NCBI RefSeq assembly: GCF_001194135.2
Contig: NC_068982.1
Coordinates: 114,776,412 to 114,832,721 of the forward strand
Length of the DNA stretch: 56,310 bases
DNA from: Octopus bimaculoides
Lineage: Eukaryota
Reading direction: 5' to 3'
Shown: positions 10,945-22,024 of the stretch, in pieces
Layout of the letters: each line of letters opens with the position of its first letter
How positions within the stretch are numbered: the first letter of the stretch is position 1
The notes under the pieces: model-generated
Database searches by the model: none
What the model was told of the DNA's origin: nothing
What the model saw: only the letters and a program-made list of their open reading frames with translations
Program-made: the position numbers and the translations under genes

Positions 10945-10982
10945 CGTGCAGACATAGCTGTGCGGTAAGAAGCTTGCTTCCC
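10945..10982 (+). mobile_element. Isolated family A SINE head
   Basis: gtgcagacatagctgtgcggtaagaagcttgcttccc; the rest of the SINE is absent. Confidence 0.7.
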
Positions 10983-11969
10983 GTGCATGCGTCGGTCTAT
11001 TCGGTGTGTTGATTTTTGACGAGACAGATGGAATCTTTTGAGCTGCTTGGCAGCAGTTTGTTGGTGAGTGTTGTACCGGTGGAAAGGAATGTATTCAGAC
11101 CTTACCGAGTATGAACTGTCCTCAGCAGAGGAGGAGCTTGTTAAGCATTCTATTTGTAAAGAGTTTTGCTGAGACTGCAGAGGTGAAGAAAAGGGAGGTG
11201 GACCTAGCCGGACTGAAGGAGCTGAGTAAGATGACACAGAAGGTGGGCGGTGATGTAAAGTTATTTTCCCCCGAAAAGGGTTATGGTAAATATGGAAAAG
11301 AAGACCATTACCTACAAGGTGTACTTAGTGGAGAGTAGGAAGGTGGAGTGGATGGAGATGGAAAAAGTAGAAAAAGTTCTGAAGGGGGTTTCGAAGGAAG
11401 TGACATATATAGCGAAAGGAAATGGATATGGGACGGTGGTTGTCCAGTTTAGGATAGCAGAGGAGGCAAAGAGGCTGACAAGTACAACGGTGAGAATAGA
11501 GGAAGTAGTACTTCTACCCACGTACCTTGGAAGAAAGACTTCTAAGATGAGGGTAGAAGGAATCCCACCCAATATAGAAGTGGCTTGTGTTGCAGCAGCT
11601 GTCCTTGTTGGTAATGAGGAGGAGGTGGCTGTCCTCCAAGCCACAGAGACGGAGGAAGGAGGATATAAAGGAAAAACATTGGAAATCATCATACAAATGG
11701 AGGTGAAACAGCTGGAAAATTTGGCGGAGACNNNNNNNNNNACATTGGAAATCATCATACAAATGGAGGTGAAACAGCTGGAAAATTTGGCGGAGACGGT
11801 AACGTTGGGAGAAATAGTATTGAGAGTATGGGTAGAGGGCAGAGTTCCGCGATGCTTTAAGTGTGGCCAGAAAGGCCACATTAGAGCTCACTTCCCCCTA
11901 CAGAGGAAAATGACAGAAGAAGCACCTGCACTGACAGGGTCATCAAGTACTTGCAAGACAAACTTTTAA
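10983..11969 (+). mobile_element. gag-like ORF1 of a non-LTR retrotransposon (L1/Tx1-like), decayed
   Basis: ORFs 11111-11338 and 11283-11969; RVWVEGRVPRCFKCGQKGHIRAHF is a degenerate CX2CX4HX4C knuckle preceded by an RRM-like region. Clade assignment is inferred. Confidence 0.7.
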
Positions 11970-12329
11970 GAGGGGAGGAGGTGATGATGAAAAGGTTATA
12001 GTGAGACAGATACAGGTGTCTTACTGTAGAGCAAGTACAAAGTTACCTGGCTGGAGACAGAAAGATCAAGAATGAAAACAGAAACAGGTGTGCTACCACA
12101 AAGAAAATACACAGTTGCTCAACATGAGATAAGTGCAGAAGGAGAGAGAAAGTGGGAGACCATAGGATGGAGATGGTGGCAAAATGCTAAGCATACTCAC
12201 AAGGAATGGGGATCAGAGTATAAATGAGAATGGTTGAGTAAAGGAAGAGAGAGATATAGATAGTGGCAAGTGCCAGGGCATACCCTTGAGGTTCGAACGT
12301 CATAATATAAGTGGCAGGATATTGTGAAG

Positions 12330-12800
12330 AGAGTGCAATTAAAGAGTGTGAGTGACAAAAGACCTGGATGTATATAGAGTTGAAGGGGTACCAGATAGCA
12401 ATGATATAGAAGAACAGGGGTGTGAGGACAGGATTAGGGAGTGAGAGCTAGGCATAGTCAATGAAGGAGGAAATGCAAGAAAGAGAAGAGATGTACATTG
12501 GTTTGTTGGGGTAGGGTGAGGGAGAAGTTTTCTTGTTACATGTGGGTGGAACACCCAGGTTGGGGGCTAGCAGAAGGCAATAATAGGGTGAGACAAGGCA
12601 TGTAGATAGAACATACAGGTCAAGGGCAAGCAGAGAGCAATGATACAGTGGCACTGGCCCAAGAGGAGAATATTGGGGAGTGGAAGGTAATCATAGTACA
12701 TGAAGCAAAAATGTGAGGAAGAGAAGAGATGTAAAGACATAGTTTGGTTTGTTGTGGTAGAGTGTGTGAGTTTTCTTGTTAAGTGTGGGTGGGACACACA
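12330..12800. repeat. Diverged purine-rich tandem dimer, period ~237 bp
   Basis: Paired phrases gagcaatgata, catagt..atgaag, aagagaagagatgta and gttttcttgtta..tgtgggtgg. Confidence 0.6.
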
Positions 12801-12809
12801 GCACTTCTA

Positions 12810-14085
12810 GAACTGTTTCACTGATGTGGGTGGATCTTCTCAAGAACATCATATCACCAGACATCTCACTCCATGGTCATTTCCTCTGTGAGGTCCAACT
12901 TCCTGAGATCGGTCCTACTACTTCATCCCATATCTTTCTGAGTCTCCCTCTTCCACGGGTACCATCCACTTTCAGTGATCAGCACTTCTTTATGTAGCTG
13001 TCCTCATTCATATGCATCACATGTCCAAACCAACATAGTCGTCTCTCTTGCATACTACATTTGATTCCTCTTATGCCCAACTTTTCGCTCAGTACATTTT
13101 CACTTTGTTGTACATGGGCACTGATGTTGCACATCCAACGGAGCATACTACCTTCGTTTCTCTCCAGTCTATGCATGTCTTCAGCATTGAGAGCCCATGT
13201 CTCACTATCATGGAGTATAGCCATTCACACACAAGCATCATATAGTCTACCTTTCTCTCTGAGAGAGAGTTATTTTGTTGCCAACAGAAGTAATAGCTCT
13301 CTGAACTTCTTCCATCCAACTCTTATTCTAGAAACAATACTTTCAGAGCATCCTCCACCATTGCTAATTTGGTCACCTAGGTAACAGAAACTATCTACAA
13401 CGTTAAGAGAGCCTCCTAGGCATTTGAGAGAATCTAATTTCCATGTGCTCTTAGTGCTTATTGTTCCTGCACATCTGTCACATACAAAGACTACTTTATC
13501 TATTAATCTACCTATGATACCACTGCATCTCTTATGTGTCTATAGTTTACACTGGGTGTAGCAAATGGAATTTCTTCCAACTCCTTTCCTACATATGGAG
13601 CATGACCATTTACCTGTCGGAAAGAAAGTTTTATCTTCTTTCTTACTAACAACTACTTTTGTCTTAGCTAGGTTAACTTTAAGGCCCTTTGATTCCAGGT
13701 TTTGTTTCCAGACCTGGAATTTCTTCTCCAATTCTGCTACAGATTCTGCAATAAGAGCAAGGTCATCAGCATATAGCAGTTCCCACAGGTATCCAGTTTT
13801 GAATTCCTCTGTTATGGTCTAGAGGACTATAAGGAATAAGAGTGGGTTGAGAACTGAGCCCTGGTGAACCCCTACCTGAACGCTAAATCCATCACTGTAT
13901 TCATGGTCGACTCTCACCTTACTGACAGTACCACTGTACATGGCTTGGACAGCTCTAACAAGCCACTCCTAACTTCCTTAGAGACCACCATATAACAGGT
14001 CGACAAAGGCTAAGTACAATGGCTTACTTTTGGCCAAGTACTTTTCCTGCAGCTGTCTCACTAGGAAGATGGCATCTGTGGTATA
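12810..14085 (-). mobile_element. 5'-truncated RTE LINE (RT, PHD, C-terminus)
   Basis: ELLYADDL, NLESKGLKVNLAKTK, WSCSICRKGVGRNSICYTQCKL, AILHDSETWAL, RLCWFGHV. Confidence 0.92.
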
Positions 14086-14099
14086 TGATATATACTATA

Positions 14100-14295
14100 T
14101 ATATATCTGTGTGTGTCTTTGTGTCTGTGTTTGTCCCCAACCTACTGCTTGACAACCAGTGTTGATGTATTTATGTCCCTGTAACTTAGCAGTTCAGTAA
14201 AAGAGACTGATGGAATAAGTACCAGGCTTAGCAAAAATAAATAAATACTAGGGTCAATTCATTCAACTAAAAATCCTTCAAGGTGGTACCCCAGT
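14100..14295 (+). mobile_element. SINE 3' half (tail type of 8080-8275)
   Basis: cttgacaaccagtgttg...gaataagtaccaggctta...ttcaaggtggt. Confidence 0.65.
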
Positions 14296-14318
14296 CTATA
14301 TGAATATATATATATATA

Positions 14319-14558
14319 TCATCATCATCATCATCATCATCGTTTAACGTCCGCTTTCCATGCTAGCATGGGTTGGACGATTTGACTGAGGACTGGTGAA
14401 ACCGGATGGCAACACCAGGCTCCAATCTAATTTGGCAGAGTTTCTACAGCTGGATGCCCTTCCTAACGCCAACCACTCAGAGAGTGTAGTGGGTGCTTTT
14501 ACGTGTCACCCGCATGAAAACGGCCACGCTCGAAATGGTGTCTTTTATGTGCCACCCG
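14319..14558 (-). mobile_element. Young RTE 3'-tail element, cut by a gap
   Basis: Near-identical to 10155-10389. Confidence 0.9.
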
Positions 14559-14863
14559 NNNNNNNNNNNNNNNNNNNNNNNNNNNNNNNNNNNNNNNNNN
14601 NNNNNNNNNNNNNNNNNNNNNNNNNNNNNNNNNNNNNNNNNNNNNNNNNNNNNNNNNNNNNNNNNNNNNNNNNNNNNNNNNNNNNNNNNNNNNNNNNNNN
14701 NNNNNNNNNNNNNNNNNNNNNNNNNNNNNNNNNNNNNNNNNNNNNNNNNNNNNNNNNNNNNNNNNNNNNNNNNNNNNNNNNNNNNNNNNNNNNNNNNNNN
14801 NNNNNNNNNNNNNNNNNNNNNNNNNNNNNNNNNNNNNNNNNNNNNNNNNNNNNNNNNNNNNNN

Positions 14864-15235
14864 CTCTCTTGCACACCACAACTGATGCTTCTAATGTTCA
14901 GCTTTTCTCTCAAGATACTTACACTCTGACGGGTATTCACATTGACATTACACATCCAACGGAGCATACTGGCTTCATTCCTTGCGAGCTTACGTATGTC
15001 CTCAGCATGTTTCACTGCCATGTAGCATGGCTGTTCGTACGCATGCGTCATACAGTCTGCCTTTTACTCTGAGTGAGAGTCCCTTTGTCGCCAGCAGGGG
15101 TAAGAGCTCTCTAAACTTTGCCCAGGCTATTCTTATTCTAGCAGCTACACTTTCAGCGCACCCACCCCCACTACTAACTTGGTCGCCCAGATAGCGGAAG
15201 CTATCGACTACCTCTAGTTTTTCACCCTGGAATGA
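14864..15235 (-). mobile_element. RTE C-terminal fragment
   Basis: FQGEKLEVVDSFRYLGDQVSSGGGC...AMLHGSET. Confidence 0.92.
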
Positions 15236-15242
15236 GAAAAAA

Positions 15243-15273
<31 letters not shown>

Positions 15274-15351
15274 TATGTAGAGAAAGAGAGGGACAGAGAG
15301 CCATCTGTGTATCATACTTAATGTAAATACATCACAAGAAATCAAATTTAG

Positions 15352-15450
15352 TGTAGCATTCATCCAGAGATAGTATCTCTTATGGACATACTGTGGTTAA
15401 AAGCACAAGCTATTACAATAGCAAATGAAAATCATCTAGCACAGTGGCAG
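15352..15450 (+). CDS. Candidate 99-nt phase 0-0 exon (CSIHPEIVSLMDILWLKAQAITIANENHLAQWQ)
   Basis: Strong CAG|gtaaga donor and an open frame, but a weak acceptor (aaatttag). No homology recognised. Confidence 0.25.
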
Positions 15451-15747
15451 GTAAGAATGCTAGATGCACATTTCTGCTCCTCTGGGCTTTGTCAGTAGCA
15501 TAAAGCACTTTAAAAAGCTGAATCATGACTTTTGAATGAAATGTTTAGTGAAAAAGTATCTGAAGGAGACAATAATTTACTTGCATCCTATGGCATTTAG
15601 AAGATAACTACAGAACAAGCAAACCACATAATAGTGGTGGATCATTAAATTTGCCTGCAGTGACTGTTGTACATTCCACTGTTATGAAACAGAGTGCACA
15701 TAAAAATTTCCAGTGTCAACAACTCATCATTATTGAGTCACATGGAT

Positions 15748-16205
15748 AAGCACAGGTGTGGCAGTGTGCTAAGAAGTTTGCTTTCGAACCACATGGTCCT
15801 GGGTTCAGTCCCACTGCATGGTACCTTGAGCAAGTGCCTTCTTCTATAGCCCTGGGCCAACCAAAGCCATGTGAATAGATTTGGTAGAAGGAAACTGAAA
15901 GAAGCCCATCATAAATATATTTGTGTGTATGTGTGTGTGTGTGAATGTTTGTATGTTTGTGAATCCTTGTCTTGACATCATGTGATGATCGTAAAATGAT
16001 TATCACTGCCATGCAAGCAGTGTTATTGATTTTCAATATTCTATGAGAACATGCCTGGCCATGAGAAAATATTGCCTTGCTTGGAAATGGGTGAGGATTG
16101 GTGACAGGAAGGGTATAGAGCCATTGAAAATTTGCCTCAATAAACTCTGTCTGACCCATGCAAGCATGGTAAAAAAGGATGTTAAAATGGTGATGATGAC
16201 AATGA
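15748..16205 (+). mobile_element. Full-length family A SINE with internal (TG)n and RTE-type 3' tail
   Basis: tRNA-like head; body; ggtgacaggaagggtatagagcc motif; tail cccatgcaagcatgg...gatgttaaaatggtgatgatg. Confidence 0.8.
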
Positions 16206-16499
16206 TGAAGGATGAAATGACCGAGTATGTAGAAAAATAATTAGTTGCACAATGATTGCAAAGGAATGAGTTTGCCCTGTAGATCAATAAATCTATTTTC
16301 AAGAATAATAAAGCCCTTTTTGAAGATTATGTTAGGTTTTGGGTTGACAATCAACTCCAAGAGAAAAAACATTCTGCCTAAGGTCTGATGCAAGACAACA
16401 GTAGTCTGAAGTATAATCACAAATACAAGCAGCCAAAATGGGGTTGCTCTAAAGGGTTTGCAGAGTAATGATATTCAACAAGGTGTGTAGTTTGGAGAG

Positions 16500-16780
16500 T
16501 CTGTCCAGGTCAAGCTACTGCTTCTCCAGTACTACTGAGGTCATGTGTATGATTAGAATGTCACAGGAGAGAATTGTAAGACAGATTCTTCAAGCTGAGC
16601 CAATGAGGAGACCTAGCGGGTAGATGAAGAACGAGATGGTTGGATTATATCCACAGTCTCAGTTTGGTCACACTTGGGAATCCAGCTGGAAAGTGTAATA
16701 ATGATTGCTTCTGACAGGATTTTATGGAAGAGGTACCTGAGGATTCTACCCTCACGAATAGTGGGTAGAGAAGGTGGATG
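16500..16780 (+). mobile_element. C-terminal fragment of a second RTE subfamily (Rex3/Expander-like)
   Basis: MIRMSQERIVRQILQAEPMRRPSG and RWLDYIHSLS across a frameshift. Confidence 0.65.
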
Positions 16781-17319
16781 GATGGACTACAAAACACTAA
16801 ATATGCTACAGCAGTGATGAATTGCAATCCTTAATTATAATATGCTATTTTTACTTTGTAAAGCTGTGGCTATCAGTTTTTTTAAGTGGCCACAAAAGAA
16901 TTAGGTACCCTGCTACAGCCTACTTATTTAAGGATAATTGAGGGAACAATTAAGATTTCTGCTGATTTTCATTTTACTCCACATCAATTCTCATCTGTCC
17001 ATTGGTCTTTTTGGCATAACTAAAAACATATATTAGAGTGTAATTGTAAATATACATACGTATGTGTGTATGTATGTATAAATAAATAAATAAATAAATA
17101 AATGGAGCTTACACAAAATTTACTAAATGAAACTAAATTAATGAAGTATATTTTGTACAGAAGGATATGAGAAAACCCACAGCCATCACTTGCAAGCGGG
17201 AATGAACTAGTAGCATTTATCATGCTTTCTGTTTTGAGAGCCTATGTGGTCGCAAGCAGAAAGACACTCTCTCAGTCCTCCCATCCTTCATCCATTGAGT
17301 ATGTGATACCTGGTGGAAG

Positions 17320-17470
17320 GATGAACTGCATCAGAACTCAACTGGTACACATTTTCAGCTGGCAATATGAAATGAAATATCTCACTCAAAGACATAATGC
17401 ACCACCAGGTCCAGGAATTGAACCCACGAACGTATGATCGTCATCCCAACACCCTAACCACTAGGCCAGG
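17320..17470 (-). mobile_element. tRNA-derived SINE, family C, partial
   Basis: Reverse head ccaggaattgaacccacg...ccctaaccactaggcca; similar to 53398-53625. Confidence 0.7.
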
Positions 17471-20147
17471 TGTTTTGTTTTGTTTTGTTTTGTTTTGAAT
17501 TCCTGTTTCGTTTCATTTCGCATTAGATATATGAAACAAAATGACTGAAAAACAAACATATCTGAACTTGATGTGCGTAATAACATAAAGCCCGCTTCTG
17601 AATGTCGTGCCGACGATTTACTCTTTGTTATTTACCTCACGACAGTCTCGATGATATCATTTGACCTACTAGAAATCGCAGCCAAATCTCTATGGTGTAG
17701 TTCTGATCGGAAAACCTTCTCACCAGCCATAATTTTTTCGGTTTTCGGTATTTTCAGAAAAGTTATTGCTTAATCGTACGAAATAGGGTTTGTAGAACAC
17801 AAATTGGAAAAAGTTTTCTGAAAATACCAAAAAGTTAAAACGTTACAACCAGTGAAATGGTGTAGTTAGATCAGAACTCTGTATGATCACTTCCTATTTT
17901 CTTAAAGATAAAAAAAAATTTCTAAATGATCTGATACATACTCTCAAAGTTAGCAACAACAAAAAAAAAAAGGAATCAATAAAAATACGGCAAAATTCAA
18001 AATAATTCAACAACTCAAAATAATTAAAATAAACCAAAAAAAAATGTTCTGACAGGCTGACTCCAGCATGGCGTCTAAAGAAAAATAATTGTTTCTAATT
18101 TGATTTGACTATCGATTTATGATTTGTTTCAAGGCTGTCTCACAAATTACTACTACTTTGAAATTTGACAAAAAGAAAGAGGTATATACTATCAGCTAGG
18201 CAGGACAAATGTTCTCAATTGTCATTTTTTCCCCCACAAAAGTTGCAGGACCCATATCTATATTTTACAGACATCTGTCACCCTAATTTTAAATAAGATT
18301 TATTCGTTTGAACACATGACCTACTATTTTCAATAGTAAATATTTTTGTTTTTATAACAATCTTTTATCATAGGAAACACCTTATCTTGCAGAACCCTGG
18401 GGTTATTCCAAAACATAAAACTTTCAAAACAAGTACTCAATTCTAATTTATTTTGGTTATAACCTACGCACTACTAGTGTGCTATGCAAATGCACAGATG
18501 ATTATAATTTTCCAACCGTGACCATTCTGTTTTTTTTTTAAAGGAATCAGTTTTGGGTTGTTTTTTTTTTAATTAGCAACAACAGGGAAATTCCAGCCAT
18601 GACTATGCCATCTTTTTTTTTTAAATGAATCTTCAGTTATATTCAACATGCTTTAAAAGTAGTCCCCGTAGGAAGAATCCAACAAGAGAATGAATATTTG
18701 TCGCTGGTTGACACTGAAAATGAGAAGTGTTTTTTTCATTAACTTTAGGTCCTAACCTAGGCAGTAACCATAATCCCTAAAATCAAATACGAAACCAAAC
18801 TCCTAATCCAAACCATAAACAATAATACCTATCATAAATTGTACTAAATGTTATAGCATACCACTACATCCAATTACATGCGTGCACAAATACCAAAATG
18901 AATCAGACCATCAAGCATTTGTTTTAAGAGCCGTTTCGGACTGTAAAATCCGGGATTTTCGTTATTTAAATTAATGGGCGGAAGGAGGAACACAACAGTA
19001 TTGCAGTTCAAAAGAGGGCCATGGGTTCCCTAACCTTCGATGAACACATTGTTATAATCGATCGATTATACCTTAACACTTAATAGGCGAGTCAATGGTG
19101 CAGCCTTTATGTGGTCATCAGACTTGCAAGAAAAAGCAGCCAAATTTTCTTCAAAGTACACTTTGCAATCTTAAATAAAAGGATACATTGAATAACAGTT
19201 TAAAAAAAAAAACAAGTCGTGGTTAGAACGCCTTTAGACATAGATCTGCTCGATCAGGGTCAACATGGAATTTTTACTTCATAGATTCCAAATGGGTAAC
19301 AAGCAAAAATAAACTCTTCAGTATTCTAACCGAAAACGTTAAAATATGGTATTAACTTGTCCTAAATAAAAGCAATGGAGTATTTTATTTTCTCCGATAC
19401 TTTATTTTCAGTAAGGCGGGAAATCAATATACAAAATATACGCATGCTCCTCATTAATTTTCATTTGAGTTAATGCCCCTTGATTGTAAATGGGGAAGTC
19501 TTTATGCTATTATAAAATACCTGTCTGGTAGAGGTTAAAGTTTCTCAAAATAAATTTAAATTTTACTGTATGCCGTTCGTTTTATTTATTTGCATTACAA
19601 AGATCATGACAGCAAAGAGCAATAAATTTAGTCTAAATATATCTAGCCTATAAAATCTTATACAATTGCAATGTCTTAAGAAATAAAACGTACGTTCAAA
19701 TGAACGATATATAACGTTTCAATGGAGATATTCATCTTAACTTGGCAGGTTCCTTCAGTAAGATTCTGAGTCAGAGGTAAGAGCCTACTTATAGTGAAAC
19801 CGATTGCGAAATTATTGTACCTATCTATTCAAGGCATAATAAAGCAGGAATCAATTTTAGGTCGAAATGTTCAAGGGAGGTAATCTACATACCCGTTCTA
19901 TATGGAAGCATCTTTTCTGTTATTCATCATTTGTTTGAATCATTCGTATGCTTCTATGTAATTGTTAATGTTTAATCCCGGGTCAGACTCGATCCAGTAA
20001 ACTTATAATCAAAGTTAAGGACATCCCACCTTTTATTCAAACACAGTGCACACATGTCCCATTATCCGATGTAGAGTATCATTTCCAGATTTGGCTGATA
20101 TTTCCCAAGCAAACGAGCGTCCCAATCTATCACATCAGTGCACTTAC

Positions 20148-20245
20148 CATAGCTACGTTCAGGTCAATGGGCTCCTAGATCGTTGATATGTCTGGGACCA
20201 TTTGATTATATTACTATCTCCACTGGTCGGTACCATCTCTCAGTT
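20148..20245 (-). other. Candidate 98-nt untranslated exon ending in ATG|gtaagt
   Basis: catgctgttttag acceptor and perfect gtaagt donor; stops in all three frames. Confidence 0.3.
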
Positions 20246-20319
20246 CTAAAACAGCATGATAATGCATCCCATCCTTTCGAATTGATTCCTTGACAACATA
20301 AGTCAGAACATTTTGTAGA

Positions 20320-20560
20320 TGTCCAAATTCATGCAATGTTGTATTGTAGCGAGACGTGGACTTTGAATGTGAAAGTTTGGGAAGGCTGCATAGAAACGTG
20401 GCAAACATAATCCCCTAGAATGTTAATGTATATGAATGCAAATGAACTGATTGAAAACTGAATTGAAAAGGGATCAGGTGTAATATACAAGAGAGAAGAT
20501 TGCGCAAGTGCAGGGATATGATTCCTATAAAAGATATTAGTTTCATAACGAAATGCTGGG
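20320..20560 (+). mobile_element. Old RTE C-terminal fragment
   Basis: AMLYCSETWTLNVK. Confidence 0.6.
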
Positions 20561-20845
20561 GATTCAAGTTGAGCGGAACTAGTGAAGATTGATTTCAGAA
20601 GACTAAATTCCATAAACAAGACGATAAATGACCATGGTTAATACTATTGGAAAAGATCCAGTTAACACATGCAGTTCCAATAGTAGTTCATGTTTAGTCA
20701 TTTCTAAATATGGAGCCGTGGATTCTGTGTTGCTCATTTCTACTTTCATTCTCTTATTTCCCTCTATATTCCCTATCTCCTCTTTTTCCACAATAATTCC
20801 TTATTTCGAACTTAAACATTTACCTCTATTTAACCATCTCACACC

Positions 20846-20893
20846 GTCTCTGATGAAGGGATATCCATAATAACCCAGAAACAGCTGTAAGAC
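20846..20893 (+). ncRNA. Minimal type I hammerhead ribozyme-like motif
   Basis: GUCU-CUGAUGA-A-GGG(...)CCC-A-GAAA-CAGCUG-UA-AGAC: helix I GUCU/AGAC, intact core, loopless palindromic helix III (ACAGCUGU), GUA cleavage triplet. Confidence 0.7.
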
Positions 20894-20938
20894 TATATCT
20901 ATATCTCTTTCCTTATAAATATATGTGTGTGTGTGTGT

Positions 20939-21076
20939 GGAGGCGCAATGGCCCAGTGATTAGGGCAGCGGACTCGCGGTCATAGGATCGCGGTTTCGAT
21001 TCCCAGGACACTTGCCCAAGGTGCCAGGCAGTGGAACTGAACTCGGAACCGTATAGTTGGGAAGCAAGCTTCTTTA
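20939..21076. mobile_element. Two truncated SINE heads joined in opposite orientation (tRNA-like head + at 20939-21006; family A head - at 21007-21076)
   Basis: A-box-like tggcccagtgatta and B-box-like ggtttcgattcc, then gacacttgcccaaggtgcc...gggaagcaagcttcttta. Confidence 0.75.
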
Positions 21077-21431
21077 TTTCATCAAATTTGCCATAAAGAT
21101 ATTACATAGACAGAAGCAAGTGTGGGCTGGACAGCAACACAAATGAAATGAATGATGAGCAAAATGATGATAGTGATGAGAAAAACAGACGACGCCCACC
21201 GATCGATGCTTTTCGAGAACATTGATCTTTTTTTTTTCTCTTTTACAAAACCAATTAGGCTATAAACCTCAAATGAGGCACTAAGCCTCTAACCTCTTTT
21301 TCCAACTCGAGGCATTAACGCCTCTAACTTCCATGCCCGACTAGGCACATTGCCTCATTCAAGCACCTGGACGGTGCCAAGCATCTTACCACACTGCCAC
21401 GCCTGTACACACACACACACACACACACACA

Positions 21432-22024
21432 CTAGCAGTAATACCCGTTGTTGCTCGGGTAATTACTTTTACTGTTTCTCGGCCTATGTGACCATTTTTA
21501 TAAGAAAAATATGTAATAATTGAAGTAGAAAGCAGATCAATTTCATACATGAACCTCTGTTTGTTTATTATATGACAATAATAAACGAGTTGTATGTGTT
21601 ATTTTATTTATTAATACAGTAACGGCAATTATATAACACATACATGCAGCTGCTTAGAATAATAGAGATTACTGTATAATTTCTTCTATGTTCATAATTT
21701 TTGATTTACAATACTGAAAAAAGTATGTCACCAAAGAAAAGATGTAATCTCTCAAGAAACTGGTATAACTGGTATGCGAGGAACGAAGATAGCGTCACCT
21801 TTACCACAACCAGTGATAATATTTGTTTCATTGCAATTTCTCGTGGGTTTGTGCAGAATTAGTGTTGTACCATTGCATAATTTTTGTTGAGACAAATTAG
21901 GCAATAGCATAATAGGAGATATAGAAAAAGCGTAATAGCTTCCATTGAACCATTTACTTTCATTTTGGCGGACAAGCAAGCGAACAAACACACAAACGGA
22001 CAGAATCTCTCTTTTATATATATA
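21432..22024 (-). mobile_element. Non-autonomous Helitron carrying a PIF1-helicase remnant
   Basis: 3' hairpin acccg-agcaacaa-cgggt then CTAG|T; 5' tatatataaaagagag...tgtccg; ORF 21752-21991 reads PIMLLPNL..KLCNGT...TGCGKGDAIFVPRIP, the RepHel helicase C-terminus. Confidence 0.85.

Noticed and set aside
11676-11787. 56-bp direct duplication (TLEIIIQMEVKQLENLAE twice) around a 10-N gap
   Set aside because: Identical sequence on both sides of a tiny gap is a contig-overlap artefact.
12290-12420. Endonuclease start of a Tx1-like ORF2 on the plus strand (LRFERHNISG...DLDVYRVE)
   Set aside because: Similarity too weak, several stops, and the region is part of a tandem dimer.
20208-20245. TERWYRPVEIV resembling the kinase RWYRAPE motif
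   Set aside because: A stop follows immediately and no other kinase subdomains are visible.
20939-21006. Possible tRNA gene
   Set aside because: A and B boxes are present but there is no complete acceptor stem; it is a SINE head.
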